Assembly: GCA_951406725.2 (NCBI GenBank)
Contig: OX597827.1
Coordinates: 54,374,001-54,438,000 of the forward strand
Direction of reading: 5' to 3'
DNA length: 64,000 nucleotides
Source: Octopus vulgaris
Lineage: Eukaryota
Below the pieces are notes generated by a model that worked only from the letters and a program-made list of their open reading frames with translations, was not told the origin of the DNA and searched no databases. This document shows positions 37,767-49,458 of this stretch, one piece after another. Position numbers and translations under genes: made by a program. Within the stretch, counting starts at the first letter, position 1. The number at the start of each line of letters is the position of its first letter.

Positions 37767-38404
37767 CACTGAAATTTCACAGAGCGCAACATAAACTACT
37801 GAAGAAAGCTTTAACCCCTTCAAATCACAATTCAATATTTAAATGCAAAACATTTCTGGATTCCACTTCATCGTTAGTGAAACAAATCTGGCACTGTGCG
37901 AATTTTGTTTGTTCTGCTCTGTTCAACTCATCCACTGAACAAACATATCCTGAACATCTCTCACCCATACTCCCCACAGAATATTCCCATTGTTCAGTGA
38001 ACCCTGTTGATGATTTGCTCATCTCTGATTGTCACTGTACGACATCCAAACATTCAGAGGAAAAAACTAATTCCAATAATTACTTTTCATCTTTCATTAA
38101 TTCTCCTTGTATAGTCACCAAACAGTTTTGCCAAAATGTTGACATGAACTGCTCTACCCAACACAATGTAATTAATTACGAAGAGAAGACTGCATATCAT
38201 CCAAAACTATGTTCAAGTTGCCCCTGCATTGGTAACTACAAAACTGAAAGTCCGTTTATCAGTCCATCCCGTTGTGTCATGGATCTCAATTTAAAAGCAA
38301 GTCACTCTACCCACGACCCTTTCGAATTGGACTCCTTTCTCGATTGTCTTCCCTTGTCACTCCCAAAATTCCACACAGAATCCAAGCATGATACTCTGGT
38401 GTAG
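37767..38404 (+). CDS. alpha-catenin/vinculin-like gene, exon 12; apparently terminal (TAG at 38402-38404) but 3' boundary uncertain
   Basis: tttatgtattccag acceptor in the right phase; 638 nt open in AT-rich DNA; FLDSTSSLVKQI resembles end of M3 (FIDASRLVYDGI), followed by a Ser/Cys/His/Pro-rich segment. Confidence 0.75.
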
Positions 38405-38634
38405 TAAACATTTGTTTCAAATAATGTATGAAGCATAACATGTTATACTATGTTGTGATACTCTGAATATCAGGGAGTTCCTGACATATCGGTACTAATT
38501 ATTTATTTAATGTATTGAGTATTCAGAGATGTTGTTACTGTTTTTACTATATCATTATTATTACTACTGGTGTTAATACAATCAACTAACCCCATCCCCT
38601 CAAAATTGCAGGCTTTGCACCTAAATTAGAAACT

Positions 38635-38648
38635 ATCATCATCATTAC

Positions 38649-38746
<98 letters not shown>

Positions 38747-38766
38747 TCATTATTATTACTATTATT

Positions 38767-38807
<41 letters not shown>

Positions 38808-38820
38808 TATTATTATTATT
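38635..38820. repeat. Compound trinucleotide microsatellite (ATT)n(ACT)n(ATC)n
   Basis: direct inspection. Confidence 0.95.
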
Positions 38821-39139
38821 CAGGTGGCAAGCTAGCAGAATCATTAGCATGCTGGGCAAAATGCTTAGTGGCATTTCATCTATCTTTATGTTGTGAGTTC
38901 AAATTCCACTGAGGTTGACTTTTCCTTTCATCTTTTCAGAATTAATTAATTAAGTACCAGTGAAACACTGGGGTCTAGATAATTGACTAGTCCCCTCCCA
39001 ACAAATTTCAGGCCATGTGCCTATAATAAAAAGGATTATTAAGGTGGTGAGTTGGCAGAATTGTTAGCACACCAGGTGAAATGCTTAGCGACATTTCTCT
39101 ATCTTTATATTCTGAGTTCAAATTTCACTGAATTCTATT

Positions 39140-39393
39140 TTCGACATTGCCTTCAGGTTTGTGGTCGTACCATTTTTTCCTCTCTATCAAGTCCATACTT
39201 TTTGCAAAGTATCCAATGGGCAAGCCTGGCTATATTATCGTGGCGTTTCTTATATTCCTTCTGGGCTAGTGGCATACATTGGCTGGTAATATGCCATACG
39301 GTTTCACCGTTTTGTCCACAGATTCTGCACATTATTATTATTATTAATATTATTATTTATATAATTATTATTATTATTATCATTATTATTATT

Positions 39394-39424
<31 letters not shown>

Positions 39425-39975
39425 ACCCATGCTAGCATGGAAAACGGACGCTAAACGATGATGATGATGATGATGATGATGATTCAACATTTGGTAGTTT
39501 CAGGCAAATTTCTACTGCACCACCTGCTACACCTCCATGTTGCTGTGTTGTGCATAGCATTGTCTGTTCCTTTCTTATTGTTTGGAGTGTGCAAACCTTT
39601 CCCTATATTGTATTGCATCAGTTTCTGTTTTTAGTGTGGTGTGGTGCAGTCTTTTGTTGTATTAGCGTTTGTATTGTGTTGTGTGTGTAATGCGTTGGGT
39701 ATTATAGCCTGCTGGTGGTGGTTTATTTTGGATGATTGCTATATAGAATGTGTCTTGTATTTATGGATTGTTTTACTTGGGTTGTATTATTGAATTGGAT
39801 AGTGTCTTGTGTAGGATGTGGGCTGTTCCTGGCAGAGCTACTTTTTTGATTCTAGGTATAGTTTCTTCATTTTCGGTCATATGTTTTTTAATTATACCCA
39901 ATGCTCCAATTATTATTGATATTGTTTTCACCTTCATGCCCCACGTCTTGAATACTTCAATTTTGAGGTCTTTGT
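39140..39975 (-). mobile_element. R4/Dong-like non-LTR retrotransposon fragments (restriction-like endonuclease C-terminus) set in (TAA)n tracts
   Basis: DLKIEVFKTWGMKVKTISIIIGALGIIKK...KVALPGTAHILHKTL; fragments abut (TTA)n repeats. Confidence 0.7.
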
Positions 39976-40734
39976 TATTATCATTATTATTATTATTATT
40001 ATTGAGTGAAAGAGCAGCGCATGCCAGCAAAGTGACACAGGGGTACAAATATACAAAGCCCAGTATACCTGTCATGAATACCGTCTGATAAGGGGACACC
40101 AGGCACATGCATAACAACAATATGTATGTGACATGATAACCTTATATCAAGAGAAACAGCACATGACTTTGCAGGTGGAGCCCAGTTAGAATTTTCTTGA
40201 GGTTGAGCATTCCACCCAGCTCAAAAAGTTCTTTAAGGATGATAGACAAAACACCCATGTTTCCAGAGGTGGATTATTCAAACCTCAAAGACTTCCTCTC
40301 AACTCATGGCTATGATGCTCCCCCATGCCATCCCACTACTCCTGCTCATGATCAGAGCTGCTCAACTGGTTAAGGTCAAGCAACTGACAAACAAATCTGT
40401 GGTATTGAGCAGAATATTTGCTGTAAACCATCTTTTATACCAAGACAAAACATGTACATGATAACACTTCCAATCAGTTAAGATCAGAAGCTATCAGAGT
40501 CACTGACTGGTATTGCATCAAGGCATATTTTATTATTGTTAACACACTGGGCAAAATGCTTGGTTGCATTTTGTCCATCAGTTCAAATTCTGCTGAGGTC
40601 AACTTTGCTTTTCTTCCTTTTGGGGTCGATAAATTAAGTACTAGTGAAACACTGGGGTCAATGTAATCGACTTATCCCCTCCCCCAAAATAGCTGCCCTT
40701 GTGGGAAAATTTGAAATCATCACTATTATCATTC

Positions 40735-41057
40735 ATCATCATCATTTAACGTCCGTTTTCCATGCTAGCATGGGTTGGAGAGTTCAACTGGGGTCTGGCA
40801 AGCCCGAAGGCTGCACCAGGCCAGTCAGATCTGGCAGTGTTTCTACAGCTGGATGCCCTTCCTAACGCCAACCACTCCGAGAGTGTAGTGGGTGATTTTA
40901 TGTGCCACCGACACAGGTGCCAGACGAGGCTGGCAGACGGCCATGCTCGGATGGTGTTTTTTATGTGCTACCGACACAGGTGCCAGACAAGGCTGGCAGA
41001 CGGCCACGCTCGGATGGTGTTTTTTATGTGCCACCGACACAGGTGCCAAACGAGGCT
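40735..41057 (-). mobile_element. Young RTE-associated 3' module, near-identical to 28260-28530
   Basis: ORF-track translations at 28025-28504(-) and 40762-41073(+) are almost identical, reflecting the inverted copies. Confidence 0.85.
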
Positions 41058-41330
41058 GCTGATCTCTTGGTAAGCACACCCATGTAAAACTTTGCCATTT
41101 ACATTCTAGATAAAAGAATGTCGATCGGTTCTGGATCAGCTTTGTTTGGTAAGTAAACTCATTCTACCCTGCACCAGTCATTAACCAGACCCCCTTTATG
41201 CTCCAGCTCTCAACGTGGGCGGAAAAGCTTATACCATAACTGAGTACAATACTTGTACACATTGTACGGCACACCATCACCCCCTGTTTTACTCTCTTCA
41301 TACTTGCCCTCTTCATAAAACAATTTACTT
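41058..41330 (-). mobile_element. Decayed R2/NeSL-like reverse transcriptase fragment
   Basis: minus strand GGDGVPYNVYKYCTQLWYKLF...DWCRVE*VYLPNKAD...FYMGVLTKR resembles RT subdomains 0-2. Confidence 0.65.
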
Positions 41331-41774
41331 CTTTCTTACTGAAATCACCAAGCTGAAATAGTTGATCCTTAGTTTTCTGGGTGTTTCAAACCATCCACAA
41401 GTCTGGGAAGCGATAGAAGACACAAAGGAAAACCAAAAGGGATCCGAATGTCCCACGGCTTGACCTGGTTTTTGGCCTTCTACCATGCAGTAGATGTCTC
41501 CAGTCAATTGATGATGGACGCAAATTATTATTATTAGTAGCAGTAGTAGTAGTAGTAGTAGTAGTAGTATTGTGAGCTGGCAGAATTGTTAGCACACCAG
41601 GCAAAATGCTTAGCAGCATTTCATCCATCTTTACGTTCTGAGTTCAAATTCTGCCGAGATCGACTTTGCCTTTTATTCTTTCAGGGTCAGAGTACCAGTT
41701 AAATACTTGGTCAATTGTAAAGTGATTTAACTCCTCCTCTGAAATTGATGGCCCTCTGCCAAAATTTGGAACCA

Positions 41775-41809
<35 letters not shown>

Positions 41810-41826
41810 AATATTATTATTATTAT

Positions 41827-41861
<35 letters not shown>

Positions 41862-42954
41862 TTATTATTATCATTGTCAGATAACCCAACTGATTTAGCG
41901 TAATAATCTTCTAAACTTGCTTTGTCTACTTTAAACCTCTAAATATTACAATTATTCCTACAGAAATATGAATAAGCAAAAGAAAAAAAAAAGAACGAGT
42001 AAAACAAAAAAATAATCTCCTTTGCTTTTCATGACCAGAATTAGTTATTTGTTTTACAATGAGTTTAATTGTAAGTTTTTCTTTTCCTCTTTACCTTAAT
42101 ATGTTAATCCCACTTCACTATTTGTTTTATAAGCACATTACGTTATTTATAGATTCACACATCGTCAAAGGGATGTAACTCTAGTAAAGGGAGATAATTT
42201 TGCTAAACCTATATATTACACCGCGTTAGCTGCTAGCATTTAAATAATTTACGACAACGTTTGAAAACAGTGCTTCCTTGCAGCTGCAATCCATTGGCTG
42301 AAACCAGTAAACGATGTTGAATCTAATGACAAGTAAGGAAATTTCACTGATAACTGTGTTTTTGTAGTTCGATCATCTAGGCAGTCGGATCATCTTGGTA
42401 GTCAGATCATTGCTAGTGTTAGCAACCAAATCTTCAACAAATCACATTCAACTATCTTAAAAAAGAGGATATAGTGTATAATGTTGCCCTATGTTTTGAG
42501 CAAAAAGACGATATTTACGGCTAGAAGGAACAGTGGGATTAGAATTGAGCTATGGTTCAACAAACAAGTGATACTACTGGGTGGGCCAAAAGTTATGCAT
42601 GGAATAAGTTCAATATGCTCTGGAATTATCAAAGACATGCTTCAATTTTCCTAAAGTTGTATAAAATAAATAAAATAATGACGGATACACACTTGTACAG
42701 GATGAACAAAATTAATAATAATAATAATAATAGTAACGTAATATAAATAAAAGGCCAAATGTTTTGGTGTGTGACTTTTGGCCCATGCATAATAAAACAA
42801 ATAGGTCAGTGGGTTTGATGAAAAGAGTAAAAGAAATATTCTTAAAATTACAGCTATAGTAAGGAAAATAATTAATTCCAGTCAAGAAAAGCAAAGGAGA
42901 TTATTATGTTTATATTTTTCTTTTCTTATTTTCTCTTGTTTCATATCTATTGTC

Positions 42955-43160
42955 ATACTCTTTTACTCTTTTACTTGTTTCAGTCATTTGACTGTGGCCA
43001 TGCTGGAGCACCGCCTTTAGTCGAGCAGATCAACCCCAGGACTTATTCTTTGTAAGCCTAGTACTTATTCTATCGGTCTCTTTTGCCGAACTGCTAAGTG
43101 ACGGGGATGTAAACACACCAGCATCGGTTGTCAAGCGATGACACAGACACACAAACATAC

Positions 43161-43209
<49 letters not shown>

Positions 43210-43378
43210 TACGACGGGCTTCTTTCAGTTTCCATCTACCAAATCCACTCACAAGGCTTTGGTCAGCCTGAGGCTATAGTAGAAGATACTTGCCCAAGGT
43301 GCCACGCAGTGGGACTGAACCCGGAACCATGTGGTTCGTAAGCAAGCTACTTACCACACAGCCGCTTCTATGCCTATG
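42955..43378 (-). mobile_element. tRNA-derived SINE family C, full length, with internal (TA)n(TG)n
   Basis: reverse complement of 47793-48170; further copies at ~17515-17910, 31735-31997, 45280-45542, 52720-53560. Confidence 0.85.
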
Positions 43379-46300
43379 TCATTCATATTTTTAGAAATTT
43401 AAGCAAACATAGCTAGTTTGAAAGATAATCATGTTAAATCTGTTTAGTTGACTGATGATGATGACAATAATAATAATTTTTCTACTATTGGCATAAGTCT
43501 GAAATGTGGTGTGAGAGTTAGTTGATTATATCGACCCCAGTGCTGAAGTGGTACTTATTTTATTGACCTTCAATGGATGAAAAACAAATACTGGAATTTA
43601 AACTTTGCCTTTTATCCTATTTGTGATTGATAAAATAAGTATTAGTTAAACACTGAGGTGAATGAAATTGACTAAGTCCCTCCAATCTAAATTTGGTGGC
43701 CTTGTGCAAAAACTTGAAACAAAACAAAAAAATAGTAATCCTTTGTAGAAGGCCTGAAAGTTTGAGGGAGTGGTCTAATTGATTATATTGCCCCTAGAAC
43801 TCAAAAGGTTTCTATTTTATGAACCCTGAAAGGATGAAAAGCAAAGTTGACCTCAGTGGAATTTGAACTTACAATATAAAGGTGGATGAAATGCTAAACA
43901 TTTCATCCAGCCTAATGATTCTGCCAGCCTTAATAATAATGATGATAATGATGATGTTGATGATTTCAAATTTTGGCACAAGGCCAGCAATTTGGGGGAT
44001 AAGGATGAGTCAATTACATCGACCCTTGTGCTTGTCTGGTAATTATTTTTTCTGACCCTGAAAGGATGAAAGACAAAGTTGATCTTGGCAGGATTTGAAC
44101 TCAGAACATAAAGATGGACAAAATGCCACTAAGCAGTTTGCCTGGCATGCTAACAATTCTGCCAGATTGCCGCCTTAATAATAATGATGAGAATAATAAT
44201 AATAGATTTCACTGACACAGCAATGATCAGCCTGAGATTATCGTAGGGGACACTTGTCCAAGGTGCCATACTAAGGAGTTGAACCTGAAACCACATATTT
44301 GTGAAGCAGACTTCTTAACCACTCTGTGATGTCATTGCTCTTCAAAGCAACCCTCCTGATGATATTCTAAAAATGAAGTAATACATATGAAATGATTGGT
44401 TTATCCTCTTTAATTCTATTTCTTTACATGTAGTGTATCTGTTTCTATGTTTGTTTTTTGTTTTTTTATGACCCCACTGCTACCACTACCACTTTTGTTA
44501 CAATCTGCAAGAGAAGCTAAATAGGAAAAAAAATTCTCAATAGCTTTTCCAGGCAGACACAACTTTTAAATGAATCTTACATGATAGTTATGAAAGTACA
44601 TGGTCTAGTGGCAAGGGTGTTGGGCTCTCAATTTTTGGGCTGTGAGTTTGAATCTCAGATCAAATCTCACACTGTCCTTGAGCGAAGCATTTGTTTTCAC
44701 ATTATTCCAATTTACTTAATTGAAAATGAACACCAGTGTCACCATGAGGATTAATCCTGAAACTAATTGGTATCCTATTCAGTGGGGAGTCTTGTACTTA
44801 CAACCCAAATGCCTTGAAAATCCAGTGAAAATATGAACCTCAAAGTAGCCTATAAACTAGTTAACGTAACTAGAGTTCATCCTATTGCCCATAGGCACTC
44901 AGCTCAATTATTAGTTTCAAATTTTTGGCACAAGGGCAGCAGGTTTGGAATGAAGGTAAGTCGATTACATTGACCTGTGTTCAACTAGTACTTCTTTTAT
45001 TGATCCTGAAAGGAAGGAAAGCAAAGTCAACCTCATCAGAATTTGAACTCAGAACATAAAAACAGACAAATTGCCGCTAAACTGATTAAATCAAACCCAG
45101 TGCTCAACTGGTACTTATTTTATCAACCACAAAAGGATGAAAGACAATTGCAACCTTGGCAGAATTTGAACCAAGAACATAAAAACAGATGAAATGCTGC
45201 TAAGCATTTTTCCCAGCATGCTAACGAATGCCGGCTTGCTGTTTTACATACTTTTGCTATAGGCACAAGGCCTGAAAGTTACAGGGATGTAAACACACCA
45301 ACATCGGTTGTCAAGCAATGGTGGGGAGACAAACACAGACATGCAAACACATACACACACACACACACACACATATATATAACAGGCTTCTTTCAGTTTC
45401 CATCTACCAAATTCACTCACAAGGCTTTGGGTGATCCAAGGCTTTAGTAGAAGACACTTGCCCAAGGTGCCACACAGTGGAATTGAAGCTGGAACCATGT
45501 GGTTGGTAAGCAAGCTACTTACCACACAGCCACGCCTGTGCCTAGGGTATGGTTTAAGAGAATTTGGTCTCTGCTTCTTGTAGGTTAAATGACTGTGAAG
45601 ACGAGAGGTAAAACCAATTGAATCAGTTCAGGATGTTACATGTATTTGTTTTTTTGGTTGTATTTAGTGATCTTGGAAGATTGGAAAGTAAAACTTAATT
45701 ATAGTAGGATTTAGACATAGAATGTTAGGAGAATAAACTAAATACATTTAAGTCTGATGTGTTGCCATGTTGTAACTCTATTTCCTAAAAGTATTGCTTT
45801 TTTAAAAATGTTGCCATGTAACCTCAAGGCAAAGAAGTGAGGTGCTGACCACTTGCTTAACTTGCTGGAAATAGCAACCGAATCTTCTTCAAATCACACC
45901 CTACTATTTTTTTTTAAACATTGCAGAAAATTTTAGATATATTATGGCACAAGCATGGTTGTGTGTGCTAAGAAGCTTGCCACACAAGGCAATGAGTTGG
46001 CAGAAGCATTAGTATGCCGGGTGAAATACTTAGTGGTATTTTGTCTGCCGTAACGTTCTGAGTTCAAATTCCGCCGAGGTCGACTTTACCTTTCGTCCTT
46101 TCAGGGTCAATAAATTAAGTACCAGTTACGCACTGGGGTCGATCTAATCGACTTAATCCCTTTGTCTGTCTTGTTTATCCCCTCTATGTTTAGCCCCTTG
46201 TGGGTAATAAAGAAATAAGCTTGTTTCCCAACCACAGGGTTCCAGGTTCAGTCCCACTGTGTGGCATCTTGGCCAAGTGTCTTCTACTATAGCCATGGGC

Positions 46301-46836
46301 TGACCAAAGCCATGTGAGTGGTTTTGGCAGACAGAAATTGAAAGAAAACCATCGCATATATATATATATATATGAAAATTAAAATATCAATGGAAATAGT
46401 AGTTGTGATACCTGTGCCAGTGGCATCATCCGAACGTGGCTGATGCCAGCGCCTCCTTGACTGGCTTCTGTGCCGATGGCACGTTAAAAGCACCTACCGA
46501 TCGTGACTGCTGCCAGACTCGCCTGGCACCTGTGCCGGTGGCACGTAAAAAGTACCCACTACACTCACGGAGTGGTTGGCGTGAGGAAGGGCATTAGCTG
46601 TAGAAACACTGTCAGATCAGACTGGAGTCTGGTGCAGCCTCCTGGCTTCCCAGACCCCAGTCAAACCATCCAACCCATGCTAGTGCGGGAAAACGGACGT
46701 TAAACGATGATGATGATGATATATATATATATATATATACACATACATCACTAAAGCAACTGAGGTGCTATTTAGCACCAGAGTATTGCTGCTGGAAATA
46801 AGAGTCAAAACAATTCATAGCCACAATAACACTCCC

Positions 46837-46980
46837 TTATTTACTGACAAGGGAGACAAGCTCCCAAAGCACCAGGCATAGCCAGATCACCAGTGATTTT
46901 GTGTTTACATTAATGCAAAATCACTTGTGATCTGGCTATGCCTGGTGCTTAGGGAGCTTGCCTCACTCTTCAGTAAATAA
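46837..46980. repeat. Imperfect ~65-bp-arm fold-back whose arms carry a decayed hammerhead-like motif
   Basis: ttatttactga...gtgattttg / caaaatcac...tcagtaaataa; arms read CTGACAA-GGGAG acaag CTCCC-AAAG and, on minus, CTGAAGA-GTGAG gcaag CTCCC-TAAG. Confidence 0.8.
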
Positions 46981-47373
46981 TACAGTGACATATATATTAT
47001 TATATTTGGGTTGAAAAATTGCTGACAAGACACCCTATATATATATGTATGTGTATTTATATGTGTGTATATATATATAGATATTATATATATGTGTGTG
47101 TATATATATGTATATATGTGTGTGTGTGTGTGTGTATACTATATATATATGTGTGTGTGTGTATTCTTTTACTTGTTTCAGTCTTTTGACTGCAGCCATG
47201 CTGGAGCACTGCTTTTAGTCGAACAAATCGACTCCAGGACTTATTCTTTGTAAGCTTAGTACTTATTCTATCGTTTTTTTTTTTTTTTTTTGCCAAACCG
47301 CAAAGTTCCAGGGACGTAAAATACCAACATTGGTTGCCAAGCGATGGTAGAGGGACAAACACAGACACACAAA

Positions 47374-47432
<59 letters not shown>

Positions 47433-47792
47433 TTGTGTGTGTGTGTGTCTTTGTGTTTGTCTCCCACCACTGCCTGACAACCGGTGTTGGTCTGTTTATG
47501 CTGCTGTAACTTAGTGGTTCAGAAAAAGAAACCAATAGAATAAATACTAGGCTTTAAAAAAAATCCTGGTGTCAATTTGTTCAACTAAAATCCTTCACGG
47601 CAGTGCCCTAGCATGGCCACACTCAAATGATGGAAACAAGATAATAAAAAAAAAGATAATAAAAAGGAAATGACTTGACAGAAAATGAAATGGGAAGGTT
47701 AGAGCTGGAATGCATACGATCAAAAGTCAACTAAATTAGAACAGAACTAGGATGATTTAGTAACCACATAACTGGCTTTATGAAATGTAAGT

Positions 47793-48170
47793 AGGCATAG
47801 GAGTGGCTGTGTGGCAAGTAGCTTGCTTACGAACCGCATGGTTATGGGTTCAGTCCCACTGTGTGGCACCTTAGGCAAGTGTCTTCTACTATAGCCTCGG
47901 GCCGACCAAAGCTGAAAAGAAGCCTGTCGTATATATGTATATATATATATGTATGTGTGTGTGTATGTCTGTGTTTGTCCCCCCAACATCGCTCGACAAC
48001 CGATGTTGGTGTGTTTACGTCCCTGTAACTTAGCGGTTCGGCAAAAGAGACCAATAGAATAAGTACTAGGCTTACAAAGAATAAGTCCTGGGGTCGATTT
48101 GCTCAACTGAAAGGCGGTGCTCCAGCATGGCCGCAGTCAAATGACTGTAACAAGTAAAAGAGTAAGAGTA
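47793..48170 (+). mobile_element. tRNA-derived SINE family C, full length
   Basis: gtggctgtgtgg (A-box-like)...gggttcagtccc (B-box-like), internal microsatellite, aagtaaaagagtaa tail. Confidence 0.85.
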
Positions 48171-48676
48171 TAAGTGTTGATGACATATTGAAGGATTAGT
48201 AGCAATAGTGTGTGTTAACTAGCTCTGTCATTTTGTTTTCACCTTCTACCATCCACATATTTGACACCCACAGTTTTCTGAAAATCATCATCATCATTTA
48301 ACGTCCGCTTTCCATGCTAGCATGGGTTGGACGATCTTGACTGAGGGCTGGCGAACCAGATGGCTGCACCAGGCTCCAATCTTGATCTGGCAGAGTTTCT
48401 ACAGCTGAATGTCCTTCCTAATGCCAACCACTCCGAGAGTGTAGTGGGTGCATTTTACGTGCCACTGGCACGGGGGCCAGTCAGGCGGTACTGGCAACAA
48501 CCTCGCTCAAATCTTTTTACACGTGCCAGTGAAGCAATGTTGGTAACGATCACGCTCGAATGGTACCCTTTTACATGCCATGGGTATGGAAGCCAGTTGG
48601 CTGCTCTGGCAACGATCATAGTTATAATTCATCCTTCTGAGGTCAATAAAATAAAGTCCCTGTTGAAATATTAAGT

Positions 48677-49458
48677 TTAACTCCTTAGCATTGAAATTGT
48701 TCTGTCAAATATAATGCATATTTATTCACATTGTTTTGAATTGACCATGCATTATCTTGTAGCTTCAAGATTTTAACAATGTGAATGTTTATCTTTAAAA
48801 TTACATTGTATTAGGTTGTCTGGAGAGTTCATGCTGATTTTTAAAGGAAAGACAAATGTCAATAAATACTTGCCATTACATTTTTAATCAACCAAATATG
48901 AACCATTTTGTTGCACAATGCATCTCCATCTTTCCTGTAACTTGAAAATACCCTCTTCTCAGAATTGAGGTGGTTTCATGGCAAAGAATTCATCAAGGTA
49001 TCTTTTTACATCATCCAAGGAATTGAAATTTTTACCATTAAGACTATTCTGCAGAAACCTGAATAAGTGGAAATCTAAAGGAGCAATATCTGATGAATAT
49101 GGAGGGTGGGGTAATACATCCCAGCAAAGCTGCAGCAATTTATGTGTGGTTCCCAAAGCATCAAGCGCCAAAAATTAACTTTCTTATTCTCCATTTTAAA
49201 GGGTTACAGAATTAACACAGATTATAGGAACATAAACCTTCTTCCACGAAAAGATAGCTTAAACTGTGCTCTTAGAGGTGTAGTCAAATTCTATTTTATG
49301 GACTCAACCATGTTCTAAAATAAGTCGAAAGGTAAGCTACTATAAATCGGCACGAACTTTCCGGACAACCCAATAGAATAGGTGTGAGAGGCTGGATCTT
49401 GCCAGTTTGAACATAAAACAGGTAGAATATTTAGGCTGATTTAAATGCTAAAGGGTTA
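48677..49458. mobile_element. piggyBac-like MITE split by a mariner insertion
   Basis: TTAA-CTCCTTAGCATT ... AATGCTAAAGGG-TTAA; body resumes (acattgta|gaataggtgtgagagg) across the mariner. Confidence 0.75.
48811..49373 (-). mobile_element. Internally deleted mariner, 563 bp
   Basis: TA-flanked TIRs, same deletion junction as 19820-20372; WDVLPHPPYSSDIAPLDFHLFRFLQN. Confidence 0.92.

Noticed and set aside
38586-38874. Homopolymeric ORFs (poly-M/I/V, poly-N/D/S)
   Set aside because: Pure trinucleotide microsatellite translations.
41110-41148. Apparent 39-nt exon (ttctag|ATAAAAGAATGT...TTG|gtaagt) that could extend the catenin-like gene
   Set aside because: It lies inside an antisense reverse-transcriptase remnant and has no family resemblance; chance splice-like signals (exonisation not excluded).
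42153-42332. Non-repetitive stretch with possible acceptors and a gtaagg donor
   Set aside because: Frames are short or stop quickly, the second acceptor lacks a pyrimidine tract, and there is no similarity to a vinculin tail; cannot be supported.
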